From positions 50,912 to 114,911 of the forward strand of contig CAMTWO010000022.1 of the NCBI GenBank assembly GCA_947085405.1: 64,000 nucleotides of DNA, written 5' to 3'. The position numbers were made by a program, and so were the translations under genes. The notes under the pieces are model-generated. The model saw nothing but the letters and a program-made list of their open reading frames with translations, made no database searches and was not told the DNA's origin. Positions 29,101 through 39,018 of the stretch are shown piece by piece (the first letter of the stretch is position 1; every line of letters starts with the position of its first letter). This DNA comes from an uncultured Ignavibacteriota bacterium. Lineage in GTDB: Bacteria > Bacteroidota > Ignavibacteria > UBA10030 > BY39.

Positions 29101-32089
29101 CTTCTAATTTTTTTCTTCTTGTAATATCTGTTATAATCGCAACTACGCCGACGATGTTTCCATCATTGGATTCTAATGGAGCGTACCTTCCCCACAGATA
29201 ACCTTCCTTTTGTGTTTCAGTAATTTTGTAAGGAATATCATCTGAACTAACCACTTGACCTTCAATCGCCAATTTCAGATATTTTTCAATATCATATCCG
29301 AAATAATTCGATGACAACTCGTTTATGTTTTTCCCGAGTATATCAATTCGGGTTAAACCTGTAATATTCGCCATCGCTTCGTTCCACTCGATAAAATTAA
29401 AATTGCTATCGAGAACTACTACACCTTCGCGTATCCCTGATAAAATTCCTGATTTAAATTGTTCAGTCTTACGTAAAGTTTCTTCTAAATTTTTCCTTTC
29501 GTTGATATTACTTAATATTCCGTAAACACTTTCGGTTTCACCTGCTTCGTTTCTGGAAATTGTTATCGAATCGTGCACCCAAACATATTCGGCTTTACCT
29601 TTTGGCAAAACCCTGTATTCGATACCGACCGTATCTTTGTAATCATTAAGGTTAGCATTTCTTTGTAATATTATCTTTTTATCGTCCGGATGAATCGTAC
29701 TTAACCACAATGTTTTATTTCGACTATAATCTTTAGGTTTGTAGCCGATAAAATTTTCGATATTAGGACTTATGAAACTGAACATTTCCTCGACCTTCCC
29801 GAAATATAGCACATCGGATATCGAACCGATTAAATTTTCATAGGAATCTTTTATTTGCATCAAGTTTTTATAACTCTTAGCATTTGCAACACCAGAACCA
29901 ATGTGCCGACCGATAGAGCGGAGAAGATTAAGTGAATATGTATCAAGCTCAAGTGGTTTCAATGAGGCTAGCAAAATAAAGCCATTAACTCCATAGTCAG
30001 AGATTAACGGAATAAAACAAACAGTGGATATTTTTTCTTTTAAAAATGTTGAACTGTGAGGTAAATAACTCGGATACGCATCCATCGGAATTACATTCGG
30101 CTCCTGAGTTTTACTTACAAAGCCACCAATCCCTTCGTCCGAATTCAACTTACTAACTGAAGCAATTAAATTTTCCGACATCCCTTTATGACTGCTTAGT
30201 GTGAAATCGTTCTTCTCATCTTTTATATAAAATCCGGCGATATTCCAATTGAGATATTCCAACACAGTTTTTAAACTTTTCTCCGTAATAATCTCAATGT
30301 CGAGAGTGGTGTGAACTTCATCAATAATACTATCGAGTAATTTGAATTCACGGGTTTTGAGCTTTAAATCATTGCTCACCGTTATGCGTTGTGTAATGTC
30401 TTCATAAAATTCCAAAGATGCGTTTTCGCCGTTATAAGTTATGGTTGAGCTAACCATTTCGGCATTAAAAACAGTGCTATCGGCTTTCTTTGCATTAAAA
30501 GTTAAAGATTGGATTTTAGATTTCGCTTTATCCTTCTTCTGCTTTGTCTCAGGAGTTTCTACCTTTATACCGATGAGTGTTTTTCCTTTTCCAATTACCT
30601 GCGCCTCAGAATTGAATGAGAATAAATTCAAAAATGATTTATTGCATAACTGGAAAATATTATCGCGTGTTACGGCTAACGCGATGGGAGATAATTCAAA
30701 TAAGTTCTTGAAGTTTTGTTCCGATACCTGAAGTTCTTCAACTATATTTTGATGTATGGTAATATCGAATAAGTTGATTTGAAGTAATCTTTTATTATCA
30801 ATTTGGATTGGAGAAAAGGTAACCTCGCAATCGAAAATCTTATTATCGGGTTTAGTTAATTTGAATTCCGAAACAACCGAAGTATTGGTTGCTTCAGCTT
30901 TTTTAATTAACTGTCGTGCTGTTTTTAAATTACTCGGATTAAAAATATCTTTTAGTTTTGAATCCTGCCAAAACTCATCATTCTCATTTCCGAACATTTT
31001 TTTAAATTGTGTATTATAGTAAACACAACTTTCTTTCTCGTAAACAGCTACTGCTAAATTTGCCCCCTCTAAGAGCCGTTGATATTTCAAGTTATCAAAT
31101 CTTAACTCATTTTCGAGTGCAATTTGTTGAGAGCGATCTCGAACGACTGTCAGGAAATAACCCTCGCGTAAATTGGAAACGGTAATTTCAACCGGCAATA
31201 ACTTGCCACTCTTTTTTCGAATAATAGTATTTAAAGATTGTATTTTTCTATTCTTTAAGCTCTTATAAAATTTTAGTGCAGTATATTTATATCCCGGTGC
31301 AAGTAAACCAAACAGGTCCATAGTTGTCAATTCATCAGAAGAATATCCTAACAATTCTGTTAACTTTGAATTTATTTCTCTGAAGTTACCTCCCCATTCG
31401 AACACCATCATCGCATCGGCTGCATTCCGAAATGAGTTTTGAAATATATCTTTGGGTGTTAGAATGGAAGGGGCAAATTCATCCACCGGCGCAACAGAGA
31501 TATGGGATTTTAAATCAAATTTTAAAGGACTCATCCTCAATGGAAGATATCTATCTCTGCTGTTTATAAGATTAAAGTTCAATTCATTCTGATGTTTGTA
31601 AACATCCAGAACTACTGAAGCGATATCTTTAATTTTTGCAATGGATTCAAGTGATAAATTTGATCTATCTAAAGTAGCAAGAAGCGGAAAATTTTTCTTT
31701 TTTGCTGTTTGGATGAAAGAATTATAAAGAAAAATAATATCCTTTTCATTTTTCTTTAAGCCTGAAAAAGAATCTAAAATCAAACAGCATTTACCGTTGA
31801 TTCTTGATAGAAATCGCCCAAAAGAAGTATTAATCTTATTTATTGGATACTTTGATAAATCGAACGAGTGATATTTATTTTTTGCTGTGGTTAATTCGAA
31901 ATCTTTTTTAAGATGATGAATATGTATTAAACGATAGCCATTTTTAATAAAATCTTCAACCAATTTTATAATCAAAGGTTTGGTGTCGGATTCTGAAGAA
32001 GCAATAAATAAGATAGAATCATCCTGGTGCAAACCACCAATATACTCATCGAATTCAGGTAAATTAATTGCAATACTTTGTTTTTTCAT
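26141..32089 (-). CDS. Giant multi-PAS/GAF sensor histidine kinase with an N-terminal degenerate KaiC/RecA-like domain
   Basis: 1982 aa. C-terminal HisKA H-box (FTYVVSHDLKEPL) and HATPase_c (DNGIGI, GTGAGLAIVKKIIE). Multiple PAS-like (S-box) and GAF-like segments. The N-terminal ~200 aa (FDEYIGGLHQDDSILFIASSESDTKP) resemble KaiC-like domains but lack a GxxGxGKT P-loop. Confidence 0.85.
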   Translation of the reverse strand: MKKQSIAINLPEFDEYIGGLHQDDSILFIASSESDTKPLIIKLVEDFIKNGYRLIHIHHLKKDFELTTAKNKYHSFDLSKYPINKINTSFGRFLSRINGKCCLILDSFSGLKKNEKDIIFLYNSFIQTAKKKNFPLLATLDRSNLSLESIAKIKDIASVVLDVYKHQNELNFNLINSRDRYLPLRMSPLKFDLKSHISVAPVDEFAPSILTPKDIFQNSFRNAADAMMVFEWGGNFREINSKLTELLGYSSDELTTMDLFGLLAPGYKYTALKFYKSLKNRKIQSLNTIIRKKSGKLLPVEITVSNLREGYFLTVVRDRSQQIALENELRFDNLKYQRLLEGANLAVAVYEKESCVYYNTQFKKMFGNENDEFWQDSKLKDIFNPSNLKTARQLIKKAEATNTSVVSEFKLTKPDNKIFDCEVTFSPIQIDNKRLLQINLFDITIHQNIVEELQVSEQNFKNLFELSPIALAVTRDNIFQLCNKSFLNLFSFNSEAQVIGKGKTLIGIKVETPETKQKKDKAKSKIQSLTFNAKKADSTVFNAEMVSSTITYNGENASLEFYEDITQRITVSNDLKLKTREFKLLDSIIDEVHTTLDIEIITEKSLKTVLEYLNWNIAGFYIKDEKNDFTLSSHKGMSENLIASVSKLNSDEGIGGFVSKTQEPNVIPMDAYPSYLPHSSTFLKEKISTVCFIPLISDYGVNGFILLASLKPLELDTYSLNLLRSIGRHIGSGVANAKSYKNLMQIKDSYENLIGSISDVLYFGKVEEMFSFISPNIENFIGYKPKDYSRNKTLWLSTIHPDDKKIILQRNANLNDYKDTVGIEYRVLPKGKAEYVWVHDSITISRNEAGETESVYGILSNINERKNLEETLRKTEQFKSGILSGIREGVVVLDSNFNFIEWNEAMANITGLTRIDILGKNINELSSNYFGYDIEKYLKLAIEGQVVSSDDIPYKITETQKEGYLWGRYAPLESNDGNIVGVVAIITDITRRKKLEEDIKNSEQLLRNVIDTMGDLFVLTDLRGRVLQVNKEFTNALGFTKSEAAGKEFPYPWLLEEEMNRFVIWISSLRSKNYLHDFDMTWQTKDGEKIPVSLNTTLLRNAYGEPIAMLNLARNISERYRMALELADRNKLIEAINQIIQTANQTMDYEKIFQVFANKVYEIIPYDRIETCLLNDNQVITLGEIVKPADAFSSGSIKDLNSSISKIALYIKKPIVSLDVNVDERFIIHNVVETEYNSLISAPFLSKGEILGTINLYSQEANAFSENVLEKIKPFVEQIGAIIDRILLFRKVSDDAAYIHNLLNSIDKVIFTVDTDLRIKEVNKAWFDFITKVRGESKKSYAGAFLLDEIPDNIFTDEYVQLSKNILDGSLKYVNKEFEFKTDSERYNYYLTIHPMIIGGRITGAVFTQTDITDLKRTEEELKKRNEQLLDLNVISTNISSSFNLETIFNTALPHIIRFNKADYILLFLADVQNNFLTLRKQIGLPESFNNLPLKIEGLPFNRTHLFINNDVKYDSRVSEVIKNYLKDIQVSALAEISLKSGDKTVGIIQMFFKESYEFTTQETQLLFLIGNQLGTSIENALLYSELQSQLERLNILYELSQHLTATLDIDQVLNNVYEQLAKIIDFEEFFINLIDESRMAQSTVMHIATVAGDKIYLPKINQQMSIKVGSPVWKVITDKQSLSQINGMGEILTYIPMVSKNNVTGLLSLKSKTHTYSDTELRLLENVCSLTAMAIEKSKLYDETVQKSLEIQRRNRELDDFTYVVSHDLKEPLISIEGYSQILNEEYSSILKGDPAEFLHSIVQASSRMKNLIDDLLMLSRIGRVSESFKEVKIASVIDDVEIDLLYAIQSKGVKLIKPDFLPEVFGNATQLKIVFRNLLSNAIKFLNTDLPEVEIGCSDYDDEKYLCFVKDNGIGIEEKYFEKIFVIFQRLHSKEEYEGTGAGLAIVKKIIEMHRCKIWVESKIGKGTTFYFTLPKVLNQ

Positions 32090-32125
32090 CGTTTTAATGT
32101 AAGAAAAAAAGTGCTGATTTCAAAT

Positions 32126-32161
32126 AAAAAAAAAGGCGTCTTAAATTGTTTTTAAGACGCC
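32126..32161 (-). terminator. Rho-independent terminator downstream of the OM beta-barrel gene
   Basis: On the minus strand: GGCGTCTTAAAAACAATTTAAGACGCC followed by a run of 9 T. Confidence 0.8.
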
Positions 32162-32191
32162 AATAAATTGGAATTTAAAAGAATAGAAAAA

Positions 32192-32887
32192 TTAGAAATA
32201 TGCGGCAAGTTTAAAAGAAACGGTGTTGAAACCCAAAGACATCATAGAAGGTAAATCGAATGTCGTTGTAGGTTGAGCTTGTCGTGTAACTTCATAAGTT
32301 CCGCCTCCTAATACTAAACCAAATTGGTATTCGGCTGCTAAACTAATTCTATCGTAAATAAAATATTCGAAGCCGGCAATACCACCTAAACCGAACATAG
32401 TTGCACTTGCATCATATTTTGTAACTACTCCGGTTGGGGGCGGTGATACAGTTGTTGGCTCTAAAGTGCCACTGACCATAGCAAAACCAGCGGTGGCTCC
32501 AATGAAACCGACGAACGAACCACTTTTAATTATATTTGATTGGATACCAAATTCGAGACCGAGTCCCATGCTACTCTCTTTTCGATCAGTAAAACCACCA
32601 GTACCCGCTTTTTCAGTTTCTGAATTGTAACCGAGTAACAAAGCTGCGCGTCCGGCAAATCCATCTGAAAAATAATATTTTACACCGATGGCATTAAATT
32701 GAGGAATATCCAACACACCAATCGATACATTTGGCGAAGACATAAACGACCCTGTACCCAAATTGGCAAGCCCATTAAATTGAAATACTAATGCTTTATC
32801 ACCTGCTGAGGTTAAAGCATCGCCGCCTGCAAAAGCAAAGTTTGTAAAAATTGCTATTACAGCTAACACTGTTAGAATTTTTTTCAT
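32192..32887 (-). CDS. Outer membrane beta-barrel protein
   Basis: Signal peptide, alternating Gly/aromatic beta-strand pattern and a C-terminal aromatic residue (KLAAYF). A terminator follows. Confidence 0.6.
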   Translation of the reverse strand: MKKILTVLAVIAIFTNFAFAGGDALTSAGDKALVFQFNGLANLGTGSFMSSPNVSIGVLDIPQFNAIGVKYYFSDGFAGRAALLLGYNSETEKAGTGGFTDRKESSMGLGLEFGIQSNIIKSGSFVGFIGATAGFAMVSGTLEPTTVSPPPTGVVTKYDASATMFGLGGIAGFEYFIYDRISLAAEYQFGLVLGGGTYEVTRQAQPTTTFDLPSMMSLGFNTVSFKLAAYF

Positions 32888-33104
32888 AAAACCCTCGATT
32901 GTTATTTTTAAATTTGTTAATTACTGCCTATAAAATCAGGCAGCCGTATTATAACAAAATATAAGGGAATAGTCAAGTGTTTCTTATGTTATTCTTTAAA
33001 TGAACGGCTAAATCCTCTATTTTTGAATAAAAAAGCCGTAAATCATCCCCCAAAAAAAAGAAATAAATCTACGGCTCGGAGAAAAAAGTATCCGTTGTTG
33101 CTGA

Positions 33105-33395
33105 CTATTTCTTTACCTCAACACTCATCGGATAAATAGTAACCCAACCTGTAAATATCGAAATCACAAAATCCAACGCTGTAATTTCAGTTTTAATAGT
33201 ATAATCGGTGGTGCCTTTAGCCATTTCTTTTGAATCCACCTTGTTGAGAGGGACTAATCCCCACAAAGCATACCACTGCCGAGCAGTTTCTACACTGCTG
33301 CCTTTGTGCCCATCGCCAACAGTATGGGAGATACTATAACATCCCGGAAAGATAACGGCTACAACGAGAATTAAACAAATTATTTTTTTTAACAT
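33105..33395 (-). CDS. Bor/Iss-family small lipoprotein
   Basis: 96 aa with a lipobox (FPGC). The layout (YALWGLVPLN ... TEITALDFVISIFTG) is like Bor family proteins. Confidence 0.5.
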   Translation of the reverse strand: MLKKIICLILVVAVIFPGCYSISHTVGDGHKGSSVETARQWYALWGLVPLNKVDSKEMAKGTTDYTIKTEITALDFVISIFTGWVTIYPMSVEVKK

Positions 33396-33413
33396 AAATG
33401 CTCCTATAATTTA

Positions 33414-34043
33414 TTAGTTGTGATTGGTTAATTGTAACGAACCCACAAACGACTCTAAAACCCGAGCCATCGATGGGTATTTTTCAACATTTGTTAGGAA
33501 ATCGATCTGATAAACTTTTGAAGACGATTTGTATTTACCCAAAATCATTTTTACAGATACCAATTGATCGTGTACAATTTGGAATTGATATATATGTAAC
33601 GGTAAAAATAAAAACTCTGTCGATTTTATTGTACTTTCATTAGTGATTGAATTTTTGAGAGCATTCTCAAATTTATATTTAAAATTTTCAGTTCCAAAAT
33701 CAATTTCTCCGATCTCTGATAGTATCAAATAACTTATGCGGTCGCTGTCGTTGAACGCGTCTAATAAAATAATATTTCTTTTCTCATTCGTGTTTGGAGA
33801 TTTTAAAATTAGGTTTAGTTTCTCTTCGATATCAGAATGAGAAATATTTTTCCAATCTTTTGGAATGCGATACGAAAGATTATGCTCTTTATTAGTTATT
33901 TTTTCACCGAGAATTGATTCATCAACGTTAAATATTAAACTTTGTAAAGGGTTTTGCTGCGTGTTCATTTCTTTCTTCCTACAACTCGGAGAGAACAATA
34001 AACTTGATATTAGCAAAATTAGTATTAGGAAATTGAGTTTCAT
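33414..34043 (-). CDS. Hypothetical lipoprotein
   Basis: Signal peptide with a Cys (FSPSC); no family recognised. It starts 4 nt after the acyl-CoA dehydrogenase stop. Confidence 0.5.
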   Translation of the reverse strand: MKLNFLILILLISSLLFSPSCRKKEMNTQQNPLQSLIFNVDESILGEKITNKEHNLSYRIPKDWKNISHSDIEEKLNLILKSPNTNEKRNIILLDAFNDSDRISYLILSEIGEIDFGTENFKYKFENALKNSITNESTIKSTEFLFLPLHIYQFQIVHDQLVSVKMILGKYKSSSKVYQIDFLTNVEKYPSMARVLESFVGSLQLTNHN

Positions 34044-34046
34044 TTT

Positions 34047-35189
34047 TTAGTCTCTCAATAAACTCCTTGCTATTACTATCCTTTGCACTTCTGAAGTTCC
34101 TTCATAAATTTCAGTAATTTTGGCATCACGCAAATAACGTTCGACAGGATAATCTTTCACATATCCATATCCGCCATGGATTTGGATTGCCTCAAGTGCA
34201 GCATCTACGGATACTTTTGAAGCGAACAACTTAGCCATTGCCGATGCAGAGCCATACGGTTTGTTTGCATCCTTGAGAGCTGCTGATTTTAAAGTTAAAA
34301 GACGTGCCGCTTCAATTTTTGTAGCCATATCGGCAAGCTTGAATTGTATCCCCTGAAATTCAGAAATATACTGCCCAAACGCTTTCCGTTCCTTCGAATA
34401 CTTGAGAGCGGCTTCAAGAGACGCTTGTGCGATACCCAATGCCTGCGATGCGATACCGATGCGTCCACCGTCAAGTGTTTTCATTGCAAACTTAAATCCG
34501 AAGCCCTCGTCGCCAATACGGTTTTCGACCGGGATTTTACAGTCGGTAAATGATAACGAAACGGTATCCGAACTTCGGATGCCTAATTTTCTTTCTTTCT
34601 TCGCAACTTCAAATCCGGGGATGCCTTTATCAACTATTAATGCACTTATGCCGTGAACACCCTTTGTTTTATCGGTTGTTGCCATAACTAAAACTGCATC
34701 GGCATTTGCTCCATTAGTAATAAAATTTTTCGTCCCGTTCAATAAATAAAAATCACCATCACGAACTGCAGTTGTTTTTTGATTTGAAGCATCGCTGCCT
34801 GCTTCTGGTTCAGAGAGAGCGAATGCACCTAATTTCTTTCCGGTTGCTAATTCTTTTAAGTATTTTTCTTTTTGAAATTCATTCCCCCACTCGGTTAAAC
34901 CATAACAGACAAGCGAGTTATTCACCGACATTATCACGCCTGCGGAGGCATCGACTTTGGAGATTTCTTCCATCGCCAAAACATAGCTGATTGTATCAAG
35001 TCCGGCACCATTGTATTGCTCAGGTACCATCATTCCTAACAATCCCAGCTCACCCATTTGTTTTACTGCATCATAAGGAAATACTTCTTTTTCGTCTCGC
35101 TCGGCAGCAGAAGGAGCGAGAACATCTTCAGCGAATTTCTTCGCCATGTCTTTAATCATTAATTGTGTTTCTGTAAAATCGAAATTCAT
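34047..35189 (-). CDS. Acyl-CoA (butyryl-CoA type) dehydrogenase
   Basis: 380 aa with ACAD family blocks (ALSEPEAGSDA, GIAQASLEAALKYSKERKAFG, QIHGGYGY, ITEIYEGTSEVQR). Confidence 0.93.
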   Translation of the reverse strand: MNFDFTETQLMIKDMAKKFAEDVLAPSAAERDEKEVFPYDAVKQMGELGLLGMMVPEQYNGAGLDTISYVLAMEEISKVDASAGVIMSVNNSLVCYGLTEWGNEFQKEKYLKELATGKKLGAFALSEPEAGSDASNQKTTAVRDGDFYLLNGTKNFITNGANADAVLVMATTDKTKGVHGISALIVDKGIPGFEVAKKERKLGIRSSDTVSLSFTDCKIPVENRIGDEGFGFKFAMKTLDGGRIGIASQALGIAQASLEAALKYSKERKAFGQYISEFQGIQFKLADMATKIEAARLLTLKSAALKDANKPYGSASAMAKLFASKVSVDAALEAIQIHGGYGYVKDYPVERYLRDAKITEIYEGTSEVQRIVIARSLLRD

Positions 35190-35228
35190 AAAAATATCCT
35201 ATTTAGTTTGAATATTGTTGTTGTCATT

Positions 35229-36062
35229 TTATTTTAAATTCGTTTGAAAAACTAAAAATGGTCCATTCAATGGGTGCTTAATCAAAAATGACTCCAGTGA
35301 TTTATAGTTTTTTGGTTTAGTTGAAAATATTACTTTGCGAATCAAATCCTCTCTTTCAGTTTCAGTATAACAAGGCAATATAAGGTTGATTGAGTTATCC
35401 TTTATTTCGGGAAATAGATTTGGATTTAGAATATTTCCCTCCTTCTTCACTTCCGTCATTATTCTAAAACGTAACTTTACTGACGCTTTATCAACATTTC
35501 TTACTTTGCTGAAGTTTTCTTGTTGCGAAAAAATAGAAAGAAGGCTTTTTCTTGTTTCATCGGAAAGTTGAATATCGCTTTGTAATAATCGTTCGTCAAG
35601 AACTTGAGCGAATGATTGGCTGATAAGATTTTCTATTGGTGTGGTTTCAAAAAAGCTACCATGAACCAGGCATACTTTAATTTTATTTTTTTTCTTGCCA
35701 CGGACTAAATAATAAACATCCCTTATCGGTAATGAATAAATATCGTCTCCCGCCTTCTCCATCTGTTCTTTAATAATACTTTTTTCGCTTTGAATTATTT
35801 CAGATATTTCTTTCTTACTAGATGGGATTGTGGAATTGAACGATGAAACGGTATAACTTTTACTATCCTTCAATTCAATCAATTCACCGCCTGTTAATTC
35901 TTGTGGATATGTATTCAATCTAATCGCCATATCAGGAAATATTCCATAATTTTTACACGACAAAAGCTTTTCATCATAAATAAAATTTTCCAGCTTCTTA
36001 ACCCTATAAAATTTTTCCCGATTGTTTAATAAGGAATCAAAGAAATGATAAATTGAATACAT
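35229..36062 (-). CDS. Putative type II restriction endonuclease (PD-ExK candidate)
   Basis: It starts 2 nt after the methyltransferase stop. A candidate catalytic motif is present (FPDMAI ... GGELIELKDSK). AT-richer than flanking genes by eye. No family recognised by memory. Confidence 0.5.
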   Translation of the reverse strand: MYSIYHFFDSLLNNREKFYRVKKLENFIYDEKLLSCKNYGIFPDMAIRLNTYPQELTGGELIELKDSKSYTVSSFNSTIPSSKKEISEIIQSEKSIIKEQMEKAGDDIYSLPIRDVYYLVRGKKKNKIKVCLVHGSFFETTPIENLISQSFAQVLDERLLQSDIQLSDETRKSLLSIFSQQENFSKVRNVDKASVKLRFRIMTEVKKEGNILNPNLFPEIKDNSINLILPCYTETEREDLIRKVIFSTKPKNYKSLESFLIKHPLNGPFLVFQTNLK

Positions 36063-36064
36063 TT

Positions 36065-36946
36065 TTATTCCGCAAAAAGATTTAGCGTTGCTGTTTTATT
36101 TTCTTTCGGAGTTTCATCGATTGATAAATTCCAAATATCTTTAAGATTTTCTGTGTAGGAATAATCTTTATAATATTTTGCAATCGAATCTGCCTCTCGG
36201 ATGAATGTTAACCTCTGATTGATACAATCGACATTCGCCGGGTCTATTTCTATACCGATAGATTTTCTTGATAACTGTTCTGCAACGACTAATGTTGTAC
36301 CTGTACCAGCGAATGGATCAAAAACCGTATCACCGATTCCTGTTGATGAAAGAAGAATCCGAAGAAGAAGTGAAATCGGAGATTGCTGTTTATGGAAACG
36401 TCCACCTTCACCGGTTCGTATTGCTTCGTCACCGGCAAAATATCCAGAAGTCAATTCCCGTATATCATCCCACACATCAGTAACATAAATACCATTTTCA
36501 CGTTCAAATTTGTAATTCACAGGAAGAGGCGGAGAAATGCGAAGTTTGTTAAAAACTCTCGGAGAACTTCCTTTAGTACCAAAAGCAATAATTTGATACT
36601 GCTTTCCATATTTGTAATTACTTGGCACTGCCGATGTTTTCTTTTTCCAAATAATCAAATTCTGAAAAATCCACCCAGATTCTCGTAAGCATTTTAATAC
36701 TTGTTCTGTGTTTTTTTCTCGCTGCATAAAATAAATAGCACCGCCGGGAGAAGTTGCATTATAAATGCCACTGCATGTCTTTAACATCAACTCCCAATAC
36801 TCTTCATCGGGTAAGTTGTCATCAAAATAATTGTAATCCTTATTTTGATTAAATGGAGGATCGAGAAAAGTTAAATCAATTTTCTCATCCAATTGAGAAT
36901 TTGATAACAGCTTGATTGAATCGTTATGTATTATTTTATAGTTCAT
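36065..36946 (-). CDS. Beta-class N6A/N4C DNA methyltransferase (N6_N4_Mtase type)
   Basis: Motif IV (LDPPFNQ) precedes motif I ([10 protein letters not shown]), which is the beta-class order. The ATG overlaps the hbd stop (ATGA). Confidence 0.85.
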   Translation of the reverse strand: MNYKIIHNDSIKLLSNSQLDEKIDLTFLDPPFNQNKDYNYFDDNLPDEEYWELMLKTCSGIYNATSPGGAIYFMQREKNTEQVLKCLRESGWIFQNLIIWKKKTSAVPSNYKYGKQYQIIAFGTKGSSPRVFNKLRISPPLPVNYKFERENGIYVTDVWDDIRELTSGYFAGDEAIRTGEGGRFHKQQSPISLLLRILLSSTGIGDTVFDPFAGTGTTLVVAEQLSRKSIGIEIDPANVDCINQRLTFIREADSIAKYYKDYSYTENLKDIWNLSIDETPKENKTATLNLFAE

Positions 36947-37800
36947 TTAGTTTGTGTATAATCGTAAAAACCTTTACCGGTTTTTCTACCTAAATTTCCG
37001 GATGCTACCATTTTTTTAAGCAGAGGGCATGGTCTGTACTTGGGATCGCCTATACCGCTGTGCATAACTTCCATAATTGCTAAACAAACATCCAACCCGA
37101 TAAAATCGGCAAGCTGCAGAGGTCCCATAGGATGTGCAGCACCAAGCTTCATCACTGTATCAACCGATTCGGCAGTTGCAACGCCTTCCATCACCGAATA
37201 AATTGCTTCGTTTATCATTGGCATCAAAATACGGTTGGCAACAAAACCGGGAAAATCGTTTACTTCGACAGGTGTTTTTTCAATTTTTTCAGCGAGTATT
37301 TTTATTGAGTTATATGTTTCGTTCGATGTAGCCAAACCGCGTATTACTTCGATCAATTTCATTACTGGAACAGGATTCATAAAGTGCATCCCGATTACTT
37401 TGTCAGGCCGTTTTGTTACTGCCGCAATTTCAGTAATAGAAATCGACGATGTGTTAGTAGCTAATATAGCATCGGCTGCTGCATTTGCGTCGATAGTTCT
37501 GAATATATTAAACTTCAATTGTTTATCTTCTGTCGCTGCTTCAATAATCAAATTAGCATTCTTGACTGCCTCGACTGTTGATAATTCGCCTCTTATATTG
37601 GCGAGCGTTGCAGATTTTTGTTCTTCGGTTAAAGTTCCTTTTTTAATTTGCCTATCTAAATTACCGGTTATAGTTTTAAATGCCCGGTCGATAAATTCCT
37701 GCTTTACATCGTTGATGGTTACAGAAAAACCGAACTGAGCAAAAACATGGGCAATGCCGTTGCCCATTGTTCCGGCACCAATCACTGTTATATTTTTCAT
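36943..37800 (-). CDS. hbd: 3-hydroxybutyryl-CoA dehydrogenase
   Basis: Rossmann motif [12 protein letters not shown] and 3HCDH family blocks ([16 protein letters not shown]). Confidence 0.92.
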   Translation of the reverse strand: MKNITVIGAGTMGNGIAHVFAQFGFSVTINDVKQEFIDRAFKTITGNLDRQIKKGTLTEEQKSATLANIRGELSTVEAVKNANLIIEAATEDKQLKFNIFRTIDANAAADAILATNTSSISITEIAAVTKRPDKVIGMHFMNPVPVMKLIEVIRGLATSNETYNSIKILAEKIEKTPVEVNDFPGFVANRILMPMINEAIYSVMEGVATAESVDTVMKLGAAHPMGPLQLADFIGLDVCLAIMEVMHSGIGDPKYRPCPLLKKMVASGNLGRKTGKGFYDYTQTK

Positions 37801-37815
37801 AAACTTTTCTTTCGT

Positions 37816-38991
37816 TTATTGTTCTATAATTATAGCGCTAGCTTCGCCGCCACCTATACAGGCAGTAGCCAAGCCACGCTTTGAGTTTTTCAACTTCATT
37901 GCATTAATTAAAGTAACAAGTAATCTTGTCCCACTTGCGCCGATAGGATGACCGAGTGCAACGGCTCCGCCATGTACATTTACTTTTTTGGGGTCTAAAT
38001 TCAGAATTTTATTCACAGCCAAAGTAACGACCGAGAATGCTTCGTTTATTTCGAATAAATCGATATCATCTATCGATAGACTTGCTCGTTTCAAAATTTT
38101 AGTAATAACATCGGCTGGAGCTGTTGTGAACCATTCTGGTTTTTTAGCAAACGATGCATAGGAAACAAGTTTTACAAGGGGCTTGACACCAAGTTCATCG
38201 GCTTTTTCTTTCGACATTACGACAACTGCTGCAGCGCCATCATTAATTTTTGAAGCATTAGCTGCGGTAACTGTCCCGTCTTTTAGGAATGCGGCTTTTA
38301 AAGTTGGAATTTTTTCGAATTTAACTTTTTTGGGTTCTTCATCCTCGCTAACGATTATCGGATCGCTTCCTTTTTGTTCAATTGAAACAGGAACAATCTC
38401 ATCCTTGAACCAACCATTTTTTTGTGCTTCGATGGCGCGTTTGTAACTTTGTGTAGCAAATTCATCTTGCATTTCACGCGTAATTTGCATTTCCTTTGCA
38501 CAAATTTCGGCTGCATTCCCCATGTGAAAATTATTATACACATCCCACAAACCATCCGAAACCATCAAGTCGGTTAACTGTCCGTGTCCCATCCGATAGC
38601 CGTTGCGTGCTTTATCGAGCATATAAGGAACATTCGACATACTTTCCATACCACCCGCAACAACCACGTCAGCATCGCCTAACATTATTGATTGAGCAGC
38701 TAACATTACCGATTTTAAACCTGAGCCGCACACTTTGTTAATCGTCATGCACTCGACGCTTTCGGGCAGACCCGCGTATATAGAAGCCTGCCTTGCAGGC
38801 GCCTGCCCCATACCGGCGGTTAAAACGGAACCCATTATAACTTCATTCACCTGCTCTTTTGGAACATTGCCTCTTTTGAGCGTCTCAGCAATTACTATAG
38901 CACCAAGTCGTGGTGCGGATATTCCACTTAAAGTACCACCGAACGAACCAATTGGAGTTCGTACGGCACTAACAATTACAGCTTCTCTCAT
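37816..38991 (-). CDS. Acetyl-CoA C-acetyltransferase (thiolase)
   Basis: Active-site block INKVCGSGLKS, plus NVHGGAVALGHPIGASG and CIGGGEASA. Confidence 0.95.
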   Translation of the reverse strand: MREAVIVSAVRTPIGSFGGTLSGISAPRLGAIVIAETLKRGNVPKEQVNEVIMGSVLTAGMGQAPARQASIYAGLPESVECMTINKVCGSGLKSVMLAAQSIMLGDADVVVAGGMESMSNVPYMLDKARNGYRMGHGQLTDLMVSDGLWDVYNNFHMGNAAEICAKEMQITREMQDEFATQSYKRAIEAQKNGWFKDEIVPVSIEQKGSDPIIVSEDEEPKKVKFEKIPTLKAAFLKDGTVTAANASKINDGAAAVVVMSKEKADELGVKPLVKLVSYASFAKKPEWFTTAPADVITKILKRASLSIDDIDLFEINEAFSVVTLAVNKILNLDPKKVNVHGGAVALGHPIGASGTRLLVTLINAMKLKNSKRGLATACIGGGEASAIIIEQ

Positions 38992-39018
38992 TTTTCCCTC
39001 CTGATTAATTATTACTAT

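Noticed and set aside
37235-37738. 167-aa ORF on the + strand
   Set aside because: It is antisense to hbd and has no recognisable family. It is a shadow ORF.
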